From: an uncultured Bacteroidales bacterium
Lineage (GTDB): Bacteria > Bacteroidota > Bacteroidia > Bacteroidales > JAUNSR01
Assembly (NCBI GenBank): GCA_947074145.1
Contig: CAMTOJ010000008.1
Span: 32,557 to 96,556 of the forward strand
Length of the DNA stretch: 64,000 nt
Reading direction: 5' to 3'
A program made the position numbers and the translations under genes. The notes beneath the pieces were generated by a model, which did not search any database, was not told the DNA's origin, and saw only the letters and a program-made list of their open reading frames with translations. Below, one piece after another: positions 1 through 12,147 of this stretch (position 1 is the first letter of the stretch; each line of letters opens with the position of its first letter).

Positions 1-1277
1 ATCATCAAGGGTAAAAACAGATCAAATCCACCGGTCAGTTCGGCACTAAGGAATATTCCCATTAAAGGAGCATGCATCACTCCTGCCATTACTCCCGCCA
101 TACCCATAACAGCAAAATTCTTTTCTGGCAAAAACAAACCGGTATCAAAATAATTGATAGCAAAAGCAAAAAGGAAACCGGCCATATTACCGATGAATAA
201 ACTTGGAGCAAAAGTACCGCCGACGCCTCCTCCTCCGTTGGTGGCTGCGGTTGCAAAGACTTTGAATAATATAATCAGAGATATAAAAAGACAAAATATC
301 CAGAAGTTGTCTTTATATTCATAAAAGAAACTTCCGATGGTCATATTTGTCGAATTACCATTATAAATGTCAAGTATCGCATCATATCCTTCACCGTAAA
401 GAGGGGGAAGAATAAAAATCAGGACACTTAATACAATAGATGCTATGATAAACTTATTCCAATGATTTTTAAGTTTCCCAAGTCTATCTTCAGCCCAGAA
501 CATAATACGGGTGAAGTATAGAGAAACAAATCCGCAAAAAATCCCCAATAGAATAACATATGGGATTCTTTCAGCCATGAAGGGATCGGTCTGTTGGAAA
601 TTGAATTGCGCCAAAGGACCTGAAAATATATAAGAAACCGATGCTGCGGTTACGGCTGATATAAGAAGTGGCATTATGGAAAATGCAGTCAAATCGAGCA
701 TTAAAACTTCAATAGTAAAAAGAAGTCCTGCAATGGGGGCCTTAAATATTCCGGCTATACCGGCTGTAGCACCACAACCCAAAAGAAGCATCATTGTTCT
801 TTGGTCCATGTTAAACAAACGTCCCAAATTGGAGCCTATTGCTGCCCCGGTAAATACTATGGGGGCTTCCGCTCCTACCGATCCTCCAAATCCGATGGTG
901 ACAGAACTGGCAAGTACTGAACTATACATGTTGTGAGGTTTAAGAATACTTTTTCTTTGCGATATAGCATAAAGTATTCGAGTCACACCATGGCTTATAT
1001 TATCTTTCACAATATATTTTACATATATTCCTGCGATAAGAATACCAACTACAGGATACAACAAATAAAGATAATTGGCTTTATCGGCACTGAAATGTGA
1101 AGTAAGAAAGTTCTGAATGAAATGAATAATAAATTTTAATATAAGAGCAGCTCCGGCCCCTAAGAGTCCTGTTATGAAACTTAATATAAGGATGAAGTTT
1201 TTCTCACTTATATTCTTTTCACGCCATAGAATGACTCTTAATAAAATATCATTATTGATAAAAAATTTTTTAAGCAT
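1..1277 (-). CDS. ClC-family chloride channel / H+-Cl- antiporter; 3' end runs off the left window edge
   Basis: Absent from the ORF track because it has no stop inside the window. My reverse-strand translation from the ATG (complement of 1275-1277) reads MLKKFFINNDILL...GFGGSVGAEAPIVFTGAAIGSNLGRLF...GIFKAPIAGLLFTIEVL...GGGGVGGTFAPSLFIGNMAGF...GMAGVMAGVMHAPLMGIFLSAELTGG, which are typical ClC motifs. The frame is consistent at both ends. Confidence 0.85.
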   Translation of the reverse strand, partial: MLKKFFINNDILLRVILWREKNISEKNFILILSFITGLLGAGAALILKFIIHFIQNFLTSHFSADKANYLYLLYPVVGILIAGIYVKYIVKDNISHGVTRILYAISQRKSILKPHNMYSSVLASSVTIGFGGSVGAEAPIVFTGAAIGSNLGRLFNMDQRTMMLLLGCGATAGIAGIFKAPIAGLLFTIEVLMLDLTAFSIMPLLISAVTAASVSYIFSGPLAQFNFQQTDPFMAERIPYVILLGIFCGFVSLYFTRIMFWAEDRLGKLKNHWNKFIIASIVLSVLIFILPPLYGEGYDAILDIYNGNSTNMTIGSFFYEYKDNFWIFCLFISLIILFKVFATAATNGGGGVGGTFAPSLFIGNMAGFLFAFAINYFDTGLFLPEKNFAVMGMAGVMAGVMHAPLMGIFLSAELTGGFDLFLPLM

Positions 1278-1307
1278 AATAAAGTTCTTAGCTATATCTT
1301 TTTTCTT

Positions 1308-2717
1308 TTATATACCTCTTCCGGTCAAAACTGTTCGAATTGTATATATTAATATCTTACAATCTAAAACAAGAGACATGTTTTCAAGATAAAGAATATC
1401 ATATTTTACTCGTCGAATCATCTGTTCGATATTCGAGGCATAACCATATTTAACCATTCCCCAAGATGTAATACCCGGTCGTACTTGCTGCACAAGACAA
1501 TAGTATGGAGCATGTTTAACAATCTGATCAATAAAGTACCCTCTTTCCGGTCGAGGTCCTACAAGTGACATATCTCCTTTAAAAACGTTCCAGAATTGAG
1601 GAATCTCATCAAGACGATATTTTCTTAATGTTAAGCCCAATAGAGTAACACGAGAGTCATTAAGATCTGTAAGCTGAGGTCCATTAGGTTCTGCATCAGG
1701 TTTCATCGTTCTGAACTTATATATTTTAAACGGTTTTCCGAAACGTCCGATTCTTTCCTGAGTATAAATTATCGGACCGTCAGAATCCATCTTCACCATG
1801 ATGGCTATTAAAATATATAATGGAGAGAGAATAGCCATAACTAAAAAGGAGATCACGATATCGCTTACTCGTTTAGTATTCTCTTCGGCATAAGTTAATT
1901 TGGCTCTTGAGATATCTATCATCGGTGGCTCATATAATGAATCCATTTTTATAGTTCCAAATAATATATCATCCATTTCCGCTTGCATTCTAATACCAAG
2001 TTTATATGGAAATAATTTATGAATTATCCTGAAAACATATTTAGAATCTCTCTTTTCAGGGACAAAAATTATACTTTCAATTTTTTCTTGTTTTATTATA
2101 TTGTCAAGGTCATCAATACTTCCCAATATATCCTTTTCATCAATAATTTTCTCGCATAATCCACTATGTACAAACCCCACTATTTTGTAACCGATAGCCT
2201 GTTTATTATTTTTAAGTTCCTCGCGAAATCGTTGTGCATTTTTTCCTGCTCCTATTACAAGCGTTCTATATCCTATTAATCCATGATGAACAAGAATAGT
2301 TGCTCTTCTTGTGATAAGATAACGACAAATATAGATTAAAATAAACTGGGATATAAACAATGCGCATATAAGTTCGAAATACTCCGATGAATTAAGAAGC
2401 ATATCATCAAGGATTATGGCAAAAAAGAAAAACAATGATCCTGTCGCTATGGAAGAGAATGTAGTTTTTAATTCTTCAAATCGGGATTTTAAATATGGTT
2501 TATTATAATATCCTGACAAATAGAAAAAAGAGATCCATAAAAAGGGACATAAAACCTGTCCTTCAATGACCGTTGGCCATAAAAGAAAAGATCCTAAATC
2601 GCCGAATGTCAAATAACCTACCGTATGATAACGAAAGATATTAAACAAAAGCCATGCTATTGAAGAAGCAATGAAATCGGAAAGGATATATTTTAAAATT
2701 TGAAGTTTGTTATTCAC
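1308..2717 (-). CDS. polyprenyl-phosphate glycosyl-1-phosphate transferase (bacterial sugar transferase, WbaP/EpsB-like initiating enzyme)
   Basis: 469-aa ORF with an N-terminal multi-TM region and a C-terminal sugar-transferase domain (KFRTM, DEIPQFWNVFKGDMSLVGPRP, RPGITSWGMV). Confidence 0.88.
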   Translation of the reverse strand: MNNKLQILKYILSDFIASSIAWLLFNIFRYHTVGYLTFGDLGSFLLWPTVIEGQVLCPFLWISFFYLSGYYNKPYLKSRFEELKTTFSSIATGSLFFFFAIILDDMLLNSSEYFELICALFISQFILIYICRYLITRRATILVHHGLIGYRTLVIGAGKNAQRFREELKNNKQAIGYKIVGFVHSGLCEKIIDEKDILGSIDDLDNIIKQEKIESIIFVPEKRDSKYVFRIIHKLFPYKLGIRMQAEMDDILFGTIKMDSLYEPPMIDISRAKLTYAEENTKRVSDIVISFLVMAILSPLYILIAIMVKMDSDGPIIYTQERIGRFGKPFKIYKFRTMKPDAEPNGPQLTDLNDSRVTLLGLTLRKYRLDEIPQFWNVFKGDMSLVGPRPERGYFIDQIVKHAPYYCLVQQVRPGITSWGMVKYGYASNIEQMIRRVKYDILYLENMSLVLDCKILIYTIRTVLTGRGI

Positions 2718-2737
2718 AATAAAATAAAGAAATTGTT

Positions 2738-3304
2738 TTATTCTCTGATAACTTTAAATACGCCTCCACTATCAATTTTTATTATCCCTGAAGGGCTGGG
2801 CTCAGAGGGGTCGTCCTGACGATAATCTACGATATAATCAACCGCATTTAAGATTTCGGGAGATATTTGGGAAAAATTCAATGGAGTTTTTTCGCCACTT
2901 ATATTGGCAGAAGTAGACACTATTGCCTTCTTGAATCTTCTGCATAATTCCTTTGAAAACGCTTCGTTAGTAACTCGAATTCCTACACTTCCATCTTCGG
3001 AAATTAAGTTAGGAGCCAGATTCCTTGCATTAGAATAGATCACCGTAATTGGTTTTTCGGCAACTTCAATTAAATCAAAAGCTATTTCCGGTGCATTATC
3101 TACATAAAAATCAATTTTTACCGGATTGTCAACAAGTACAAGTAATGATTTTGAATCTTCTCTCTTTTTTATTTCGTATACTCTCTTTACACTTTCTGGG
3201 TTTGTAGCATCACATCCGATACCCCATACAGTATCAGTTGGATAAAGAATGATTCCACCTTTTGATAATACCTCACATGCTTTTTTTACTTCTTCTTGAA
3301 TCAT
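2738..3304 (-). CDS. tsaC: L-threonylcarbamoyladenylate synthase (YrdC/TsaC family)
   Basis: 188 aa with a YrdC-domain signature (ILYPTDTVWGIGCDA ... STSANISGE). Confidence 0.9.
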   Translation of the reverse strand: MIQEEVKKACEVLSKGGIILYPTDTVWGIGCDATNPESVKRVYEIKKREDSKSLLVLVDNPVKIDFYVDNAPEIAFDLIEVAEKPITVIYSNARNLAPNLISEDGSVGIRVTNEAFSKELCRRFKKAIVSTSANISGEKTPLNFSQISPEILNAVDYIVDYRQDDPSEPSPSGIIKIDSGGVFKVIRE

Positions 3305-3442
3305 AATAATAAATAAGCTGCATTAAAGTTTCAAATATAATGAAAATTTATATAGCATATATCTAAATCGTTTTTTATGACATATTAGTTAACATTCATT
3401 ATTTTGATTATCAACGTCTTTCTATATCTTATAAAAATTCAC

Positions 3443-3450
3443 TACCTTTG
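3443..3450 (+). promoter_or_regulatory. candidate Bacteroidetes -7 promoter box (TAnnTTTG) for the ABC-F gene
   Basis: tacctttg lies 36 nt upstream of the ATG at 3486. No good -33 TTTG at canonical spacing. Confidence 0.3.
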
Positions 3451-3476
3451 CGCAAAATTCAGATAAAGAAAAATAG

Positions 3477-5102
<1,626 letters not shown>

Positions 5103-5136
5103 TTGATATTATTATAAAATTGAAATTTCAATAATG

Positions 5137-5200
5137 AAATTCACCTTATTTTGACTTAATTTGTTTATGTTTTAAGTTATGAATAAGGTGAATTTTTTGT
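5137..5200 (+). terminator. intrinsic terminator after the ABC-F gene (long-loop hairpin plus T-run)
   Basis: aaattcaccttatt (5137-5150) pairs with aataaggtgaattt (5182-5195), followed by tttgtttt. Confidence 0.55.
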
Positions 5201-5349
5201 TTTCTAAATCCTTACAATTTTATTTTCCGGGAATATTTTTTGTAATGTCGGATATAAGAACTTTTTATATTCTTTCTCTTTACTTAAAATAAGAAGCTAC
5301 TTTCATCTTGATTCTCCCCGAAAGTAAATGTATAACACAATATACTCAT

Positions 5350-6321
5350 ATGAAAAATAAAAGCGATTTCAGAATAATTTTCATGGGTACCCCGGAATTT
5401 GCAGTGGAAAGTCTCAAAGCTCTTGTTAACGATAACTTCAATGTCGTTGCAGTAGTAACTATGCCTGACAAACCTGCAGGAAGAGGCCATAAACTTCAAT
5501 ATTCAGCAGTGAAAGAGTATGCTCTTTCACAAAATCTTCCGGTCTTACAACCTGAAAAATTAAAAGATGAAGAATTTTTAAATACTCTCAGATCATATAA
5601 AGCCGATCTACAGATTGTCGTAGCATTCAGAATGCTTCCTGAAGTTGTATGGAATATGCCGCAATATGGTACTTTCAATCTTCATGCATCTCTTCTGCCC
5701 CAATATCGAGGAGCAGCTCCGATAAATTGGGCTATAATAAACGGAGAGAAAGAAACCGGTGCTACCACTTTCTTTTTGACTCACGAAATAGATACAGGAA
5801 AAGTGATTCTTCAGGAAAAAACAATGATTTCGGAATCCGATAATGTTCGAACTCTTTATGAGCGCCTAATGGTTATGGGTGCAAAAATGGTAGTGAAAAC
5901 CGTTGAAATGATATTATCCGGAGATGTAGAAGCTATTGAACAAAGTGAAATGATAATTGAAGAATCTTCTCTTAAAGCTGCTCCTAAAATTTTCAAAGAA
6001 ACATGTATGATAGACTGGAGTAAATCGTCCGAAGAAATACATAATCTTGTAAGGGGAATGTCTCCATATCCGGCTACATGGAGTAAAGCTATAATTAACG
6101 GAGATGAAGTTCAAACAAAGATTTTTGAAACTCAAAAAATTAATGAAACTCATAACCTTTCTTTCGGTACAATTGTAACAGATAATAAGCATCAGCTTAA
6201 AGTCGCAGTAAAAGATGGATACATTTCTATATTATCATTACAAATGCCAGGAAAAAAAAGAATGGATATAAATAGCTTTCTTAATGGTGTGAAATTATCA
6301 GATGACAGTAAGTTTTTGTAA
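5350..6321 (+). CDS. fmt: methionyl-tRNA formyltransferase
   Basis: ORF 5308-6321. The canonical N-terminus starts at the internal Met (MKNKSDFRIIFMGTPEFAV). HASLLPQYRGAAPINWAIINGE motif present. Confidence 0.93.
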   Translation: MKNKSDFRIIFMGTPEFAVESLKALVNDNFNVVAVVTMPDKPAGRGHKLQYSAVKEYALSQNLPVLQPEKLKDEEFLNTLRSYKADLQIVVAFRMLPEVVWNMPQYGTFNLHASLLPQYRGAAPINWAIINGEKETGATTFFLTHEIDTGKVILQEKTMISESDNVRTLYERLMVMGAKMVVKTVEMILSGDVEAIEQSEMIIEESSLKAAPKIFKETCMIDWSKSSEEIHNLVRGMSPYPATWSKAIINGDEVQTKIFETQKINETHNLSFGTIVTDNKHQLKVAVKDGYISILSLQMPGKKRMDINSFLNGVKLSDDSKFL

Positions 6322-6444
6322 ACTTCTCGAAGTAAAACTTATATTTATCAAGTTGTCGATAAACTGATTATAGTTATTTGATATATTTCTAAAAGGTAGC
6401 GCAATACACTTTTAAAGTCATAAATATCAAATTATAAAACAAAT

Positions 6445-6484
6445 AAATGCTCAGGAATTTCAATATTTCCTGAGCATTTTTATT
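6445..6484. terminator. bidirectional intrinsic terminator between convergent fmt and MBL-hydrolase genes
   Basis: aaatgctcagga (6445-6456) pairs with tcctgagcattt (6468-6479). A-run precedes and T-run follows. Confidence 0.7.
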
Positions 6485-6629
6485 TATATTTTAGTATAAA
6501 TCTTGTACGTTTTGATATAGAAATTTGTAGTTAAATATAGATTCTCATAAAATAATTATCTTCTGAAATAATCTTTATTTATAATTTGGAAATCTCTTTC
6601 TTCCATTTTCGATATCGATAGTTTATTTA

Positions 6630-7274
6630 TCAAAAGAAAGAATTGTATTTCTTCTCATATCCAATTGTAGTTTCGGCTCCATGACCTGAATAAACAATTG
6701 TATCATCCGGCAAAGTCAACAATTTACTCTTTATTCCATTTATTAAGGTATTATAATCTCCTCCCGGAAGATCAGTTCGACCTATGCTCTGACGAAACAA
6801 AACATCTCCGGCAAACATAATCCCTGCTTTAGGAATATAATAAACAATACTCCCCGGTGAATGTCCGGGTACAGAGATTGCGACAATATTATATTCTCCC
6901 AAATGAAGCTCATCTCCGTCTTTTAGAAAATGATCAACTTTAGTATCTTCAATATCTATTTTGAAACCAAAAGAAGCTGCTTGAGATGATGCATTTTTTA
7001 ATAGAAATAAATCCTCTTCTGCCCCATATATAGGAGCTCCAGTCATTCTTTTTATATCTGACAAAGCAAGAACATGATCAAAATGCATATGTGTCAACAA
7101 TACATATTTCAACTTGAGATCATTGGTTTGTATGTAATCTGAGATCAAATTCCGTTCATTATCATTTATATATCCCGGATCAATTATTGCTGCTTGTTTA
7201 GTATCCTCATCAGCAACGATAAAGCAATTAACAGGGAACGGATTTACAGGAAATTTCTTTACTATTATACTCAT
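6630..7274 (-). CDS. MBL-fold metallo-hydrolase (glyoxalase II-like)
   Basis: 214 aa with the HMHFDH (HxHxDH) zinc motif, plus PGHSPGS and later His/Asp ligands. Confidence 0.88.
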   Translation of the reverse strand: MSIIVKKFPVNPFPVNCFIVADEDTKQAAIIDPGYINDNERNLISDYIQTNDLKLKYVLLTHMHFDHVLALSDIKRMTGAPIYGAEEDLFLLKNASSQAASFGFKIDIEDTKVDHFLKDGDELHLGEYNIVAISVPGHSPGSIVYYIPKAGIMFAGDVLFRQSIGRTDLPGGDYNTLINGIKSKLLTLPDDTIVYSGHGAETTIGYEKKYNSFF

Positions 7275-7330
7275 GACTTGTTATGAATATTATTTGAAAA
7301 ACATATTAATATTTTTTGAAAAATATACCA

Positions 7331-7951
7331 TTATAGCTGTACATATACTCCTTTCTTTGTTTCATAAAATTCCTCTTCAAAGAAATCTGAAAGTTCATAT
7401 AAAACACCTGTTTTCTTGAATGGCATCATCTCAGCTTGCAAATCCCCACCTTTCAAACATATAAGACCGTTAGGAAGTGCATTCTTTTGCTCCTTAGATA
7501 CATTTTTTCTTATTAATTTTACAAGATCAGGAAGAGGCATAACGGCACGACTTACTATAAAATCGAACTTTTGTTTCTCCTCTTCTACAGAACATTGTCT
7601 GAAGGTTACATTCTTCAATCCAATAGCGTCAGCTATTTCCATTGCTACTTTAATTTTTTTTCCGATTCTATCTACTAAATGAAAATTACAATCTGGAAAC
7701 ATAATAGCTAGTGGGATTCCGGGAAATCCTCCTCCGGTTCCAACATCCATTATATTTGTGCCTGGTTTGAATTTTAATATTCGGGCTATAGCAAGAGAGT
7801 GAAGTATATGATGTAGGTATAAATTATCTATATCTTTTCTGGATATAACATTTATCTTAGCATTCCAATCCTTATATAAATTTTCTAACTGAGAGAATTG
7901 TTCTTTTTGCAATTCCGTAAGCTCCGGGAAATATTTTTCAACAAGTTGCAT
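7331..7951 (-). CDS. rsmG: 16S rRNA (guanine527-N7)-methyltransferase RsmG (GidB)
   Basis: 206 aa with the SAM motif DVGTGGGFPGIPLAI and typical RsmG length and layout. Confidence 0.9.
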   Translation of the reverse strand: MQLVEKYFPELTELQKEQFSQLENLYKDWNAKINVISRKDIDNLYLHHILHSLAIARILKFKPGTNIMDVGTGGGFPGIPLAIMFPDCNFHLVDRIGKKIKVAMEIADAIGLKNVTFRQCSVEEEKQKFDFIVSRAVMPLPDLVKLIRKNVSKEQKNALPNGLICLKGGDLQAEMMPFKKTGVLYELSDFFEEEFYETKKGVYVQL

Positions 7952-8034
7952 TTATTGTTTTTTTGTTCTTTATAAAATTGTCGTTTTAAGCCTGTTCTCT
8001 GGTACTTGATAATTTAGGTAGTATATAATGATTA

Positions 8035-8871
8035 TTATATGTTATCTACAAACGCTTTTAAAGGAGATTCTTCATTTATTAAGTCCTTTAGGTTTTCCCA
8101 TTTTAAGGAAACTCTTATTTCCCCCAAAGAGAAAACAGCTATTTGGTATGGATTATATATCCACGTCATTCCCTCTTTATTAAAATAGAAATTATCTGTA
8201 GGCATTATCTCTTCAACGCTAAAAAAGCCATCTTCTGTCAATTGCCCAGTAGTCTTTAACTCTCTGTCTTTTATTAATTGAGCCACAATCATTTCACCAA
8301 TTGAAGATAAAGAAGAATATGGAAATATCTCTTCCAAAGTTATAAGATTTGTATTCTTTAGATATATCACATAACAAAAAGTTCCACCCATCCCATGTGC
8401 CCCTCCTGTGTATGAGAAAACATCAAGAGAATAGTTTAGGAATCCATCTTCATTAAAATATATTTTAGATAAAACCGACTCCTCATAATTGAAAGAAAAA
8501 GAATTCATATAATCATCGGAGTCAAATTCTTTACTTAGTTTAAGATAGTCTTCTACATAGGACTTGGCATAAGCATTGGCTGCATCCTTAAAACTCTTAT
8601 TAATATATTGCAAGCCAAGTGATGTTTCAATAAAAATACGCTGTAAGGAGTCTAATTGAGTTGACGATTCCGCCTCTACCGGATATTTAAGAGTCATTTT
8701 CAGACTACATGAAGGTTTTGTAGAGTCATTTTCTAAATGAGCGATAGTATCAACAACAATTTGACTAAATTTTATTTTGTTCTCTCCTGTAGTCACTTTT
8801 TTATCTTTACAAGAGAAAAGAAAAATAATAGATAATAACAATAAAAAAAGATAATTCTTTTTATTTATCAT
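8035..8871 (-). CDS. DUF3298/DUF4163-type lipoprotein (RsiV-like fold)
   Basis: ORF 8035-8931. The likely true start is the internal Met giving a lipoprotein signal MINKKNYLFLLLLSIIFLFSC. YTGGAHGMGG motif typical of DUF3298. Confidence 0.72.
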   Translation of the reverse strand: MINKKNYLFLLLLSIIFLFSCKDKKVTTGENKIKFSQIVVDTIAHLENDSTKPSCSLKMTLKYPVEAESSTQLDSLQRIFIETSLGLQYINKSFKDAANAYAKSYVEDYLKLSKEFDSDDYMNSFSFNYEESVLSKIYFNEDGFLNYSLDVFSYTGGAHGMGGTFCYVIYLKNTNLITLEEIFPYSSLSSIGEMIVAQLIKDRELKTTGQLTEDGFFSVEEIMPTDNFYFNKEGMTWIYNPYQIAVFSLGEIRVSLKWENLKDLINEESPLKAFVDNI

Positions 8872-9214
8872 AACACATATATTTATAGCAACAAATGTAG
8901 CTCTTTTTATTGAACATTTGATATAGCCCAATCTTTTGAACCTCTATATTAAACAGACAAGCTCTAAATTCAATTAGTTCATCAAATTTAAGTTAATCAA
9001 TGATTATTTCAAAACACTTTTTCTTGATTTTATATTTGATTTCTATTCTTTTGAAGTTATATAAAATCGATCAAAAGAAAGATTAATGTATTCCTCCTTC
9101 CCAAAAAACACTCTTTTCTAATTTTTGTTTATTTGTCTTTTACCGGAATTTAAAAAAAAGGAATCAACATACGTAATTAAGATGAAATAATGTCAGTTGA
9201 AAATGTTTATAATC

Positions 9215-9255
9215 AAAAAAGTGCATAATATATTATCCATATTATGCACTTTTAA
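9215..9255 (-). terminator. intrinsic terminator downstream of the GH51 gene
   Basis: aaaagtgcataatat (9217-9231) pairs with atattatgcactttt (9239-9253). The T-run on the minus strand is the A-run at 9215-9220. Confidence 0.7.
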
Positions 9256-9293
9256 AAATGTAAGATAGGTTTATTTTTTAACCCTAAATTATA

Positions 9294-11246
9294 TTATAAT
9301 GTAACTTTATACATTGTAAAACTTTTAGCAGGTAATTCTACTTCAACCTTATTGCCACTTACAGAAAATGATGATTCAACAGGAATTACAGCATTAGGAT
9401 TATCTAATGTATTTTCCACATCAAGATTTTCAGAGATCAAAACAGTTTTTGTACCCTTTGCAGATGCATTTTTTGCAAATCCATTAAAATTAAGAACTAA
9501 ATTCTGAGCTTTATCGGAGGTATTAGCAACTTTTACAATATAGGTTTTTGTGTTTTTATCCAATACTGCTGATGCAAAAAGTCCGTCTTGACCCGATACT
9601 GATTTACCATCCATTGTTAAAGGAAGTACATTTGTTCCGGGATTATGACCATACATTTGTTGAACATAATAATTAATCGATTTTACCGAATTAAGATTAT
9701 CAAACCAAATCATATCCGGTCTCCATTGCCATCCTTCAACATGTGCAAATAATGGAGCATATGTTGCCATATGTACAATATCAGCATTTCTTTCCAGACC
9801 CGTCATAAAGGCTGCTTCTGATAAAGCCGACATAAAGTTGTTTTTTCTATTTTTTGGATGACATGCATATTCACCTGCAAAAACCTTTGGTCCTTTCCTA
9901 TCATATTTATCATATCTTGCTCCCTGATTAAGAAACCACTCTTCGCTTCTATAAAAATGTTCATCAACAAGATCAACTTTTAATTTTTTCATTTCAGGCC
10001 ATAAATAATCAAATTCTTTCCCTTCAGAATTAGGGCCTGAACTTCCAATTATTTGCATCTTAGGATATTTGGATCTTATCGCTTTAACAAATGGCTCCAG
10101 TCGCTCGGGATATTCACTTCCCCATTGTTCATTTCCGACTCCTATATATTTAAGATTAAAAGACGCAGGATGTCCCATATCTGCTCTTAATTTACCCCAT
10201 GTTGTGGTTGTATCACCGTTAGCAAATTCTATCAAATCTAATGCATCCTGAATATAGCCATCAAGATCACACACTGCGACATGAGCAGAAGCATCATCAT
10301 TCTGAAATTGACAGGCAAGACCGCAACTTACAATAGGTAGTGGTTCTGCACCCATTTGTTCGGAAAGAAGAAAGTATTCATAAAATCCCAGACCATAAGA
10401 TTGAAAATAATCAGGATACATTCTGTGCTGGAAAGTATAATTCCATCTGTTTTCGTTAAGAGGTCTGTTTTCTACCGGTCCTACAGATTTCTTCCAGTCG
10501 TATCTTGTTTCAAGATCTGTTCCCTCAACAATACATCCACCAGGAAAACGAAAAACTCCAGGATTAATATCTTCTAAAGCCTGAGCTAAGTCTTTTCTTA
10601 GTCCGTTAACTTCTCCTTTATAAGTATCCACCGGAAATAGAGAAATATGTTCAAGATCCACTCCATTTTTAGAATCAAGGAATATACGAAGTTTTCCTTT
10701 GGCAACAGTCTGAGATGATTTGATTACAACTTCATATTTTTTCCACTCTTTAGAATCTATTTTTATCTCCTGTTTCTCGAATGGATCATTATTCTGATTT
10801 ATAAATTCAACTTTGATCCTTGATTCTCCTTTATCAGATTTTGCCCAAACAGAGAATCTATAATCTTCCCCTTTTTTATATGCAACACCGAAAAAACCTT
10901 CGTTTTCCAATCCCGTTGCCTTATGCCCGTGATTAGCCGAAGTTAACCTAACATAATGAGGGTTCTTTTCAAATGGAGCATTTTGGGTTGTTAATTCTAC
11001 ATTGCCAAATGTGTTCCATCCCATAAAGTTCTGAGGAAATTCGAAAGATCTGTTTTTTATCATTTCAGCATATAAACCACCATCAGCGGCATAATTTATA
11101 TCTTCAAAAAACAAACCATACATGGTGGGTTGAATAGGAGCTCCTATCTTTTTTGTTTGAATTGTTAACTCCTTGTTTTGAGCAGCAGCCGTAATAAATA
11201 ATGATAAGGCTGCACCTGTGATAATTGATTGCTTTAAATTTAACAT
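9294..11246 (-). CDS. alpha-L-arabinofuranosidase, GH51-like, secreted
   Basis: 650 aa with a signal peptide, an N-terminal CBM-like beta domain, and a catalytic region with IGVGNEQWG (acid/base Glu context). C-terminal domain and length are typical of Bacteroides GH51. Confidence 0.8.
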   Translation of the reverse strand: MLNLKQSIITGAALSLFITAAAQNKELTIQTKKIGAPIQPTMYGLFFEDINYAADGGLYAEMIKNRSFEFPQNFMGWNTFGNVELTTQNAPFEKNPHYVRLTSANHGHKATGLENEGFFGVAYKKGEDYRFSVWAKSDKGESRIKVEFINQNNDPFEKQEIKIDSKEWKKYEVVIKSSQTVAKGKLRIFLDSKNGVDLEHISLFPVDTYKGEVNGLRKDLAQALEDINPGVFRFPGGCIVEGTDLETRYDWKKSVGPVENRPLNENRWNYTFQHRMYPDYFQSYGLGFYEYFLLSEQMGAEPLPIVSCGLACQFQNDDASAHVAVCDLDGYIQDALDLIEFANGDTTTTWGKLRADMGHPASFNLKYIGVGNEQWGSEYPERLEPFVKAIRSKYPKMQIIGSSGPNSEGKEFDYLWPEMKKLKVDLVDEHFYRSEEWFLNQGARYDKYDRKGPKVFAGEYACHPKNRKNNFMSALSEAAFMTGLERNADIVHMATYAPLFAHVEGWQWRPDMIWFDNLNSVKSINYYVQQMYGHNPGTNVLPLTMDGKSVSGQDGLFASAVLDKNTKTYIVKVANTSDKAQNLVLNFNGFAKNASAKGTKTVLISENLDVENTLDNPNAVIPVESSFSVSGNKVEVELPAKSFTMYKVTL

Positions 11247-11367
11247 AGCATTTGATTTTCTTAAAAAAAAGGTAATAATTGTTTCGGTGCTAAAAATAAC
11301 ATAAATTATTTAAGCAAACAAAACAATAGAACTAAAGCTATATTAATCATATAACTGATAATATTTT

Positions 11368-11979
11368 TTAAGATTGTTCAGATTTAAATCTTAGTGAATC
11401 CACTTTTTCTAATCTTTTTGTTACCTTCTCTAATATAGAGCGTCTTATCCTTAATGTCATTTGACAATCCATGTCGAAATATTGAGAAATTATCGTCAGA
11501 TTCTCTTCTTTTATAATTCTCATAACCTGATTCATAAAAACATATTCAAAAATTATATCAACATCATCCTCAACAAGGCATTCTTTAATTTTACAATTTT
11601 TTATAGCCTCTGCTGCTGCATCGCGATATGCAACAATAAGTCCGCTTGTTCCAAGTTTTATTCCTCCGAAATATCTGATAACTACAATCAATATATTTGT
11701 CAGATTGTATGAATTTATCTGTCCTAATATAGGTTTCCCGGCCGTTCCAGATGGTTCTCCATTATCATTACTTCTGAAATTTAGTCTTTCATGACCAATC
11801 ATATATGCCCAGCATACATGTCTTGCATCATAATACTCTTTTGAATACATCTCTATATATTCTTTTGCTTCATCAACTGTATTGACAGGAATGGCAAAAG
11901 AAATAAACTTGCTCATTTTTTCTTTATATAATCCCTCTGATATATCCTCTATTGTTAAATATGTATCTTTTATCTCCAT
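11368..11979 (-). CDS. IMPACT-family protein YigZ
   Basis: ORF 11368-12081, but the maeB terminator hairpin sits at 12062-12106, so the internal Met (MEIKDTYLTIED) is the likely start. NGEPSGTAGKPIL motif and ~203 aa match YigZ. Confidence 0.82.
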   Translation of the reverse strand: MEIKDTYLTIEDISEGLYKEKMSKFISFAIPVNTVDEAKEYIEMYSKEYYDARHVCWAYMIGHERLNFRSNDNGEPSGTAGKPILGQINSYNLTNILIVVIRYFGGIKLGTSGLIVAYRDAAAEAIKNCKIKECLVEDDVDIIFEYVFMNQVMRIIKEENLTIISQYFDMDCQMTLRIRRSILEKVTKRLEKVDSLRFKSEQS

Positions 11980-12061
11980 TTTTTCTTTTATTGCTGACAA
12001 ATATAATTTAAAGGATATTTTTAGCAAAAGCCTCATGAACAAAACATTTCTATAATGACTA

Positions 12062-12106
12062 TAAAAAAATACTACCGTCATAAAATTTATATTCTATGAC
12101 GGTAGT
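12062..12106 (-). terminator. intrinsic terminator downstream of maeB
   Basis: actaccgtcata (12071-12082) pairs with tatgacggtagt (12095-12106). The T-run on the minus strand is the A-run at 12063-12069. Confidence 0.75.
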
Positions 12107-12147
12107 AAAATAAACAAATGCTCTATTGTAGAAACTGTTATCGTTTC

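Noticed and set aside
676-936. 86-aa plus-strand ORF from the track.
   Set aside because: It lies antisense inside the ClC channel gene (1-1277, minus strand), whose translation has strong family motifs. The product is low-complexity with no recognisable features.
8872-8931. N-terminal extensions in track ORFs at 8035-8931, 11368-12081, 14833-15333, 19181-19891 and 5308-6321.
   Set aside because: In each case an internal Met yields a canonical signal or lipoprotein peptide or the conserved family N-terminus. For 11368-12081 the extension would also run through the maeB terminator hairpin. The shorter coordinates are reported instead.
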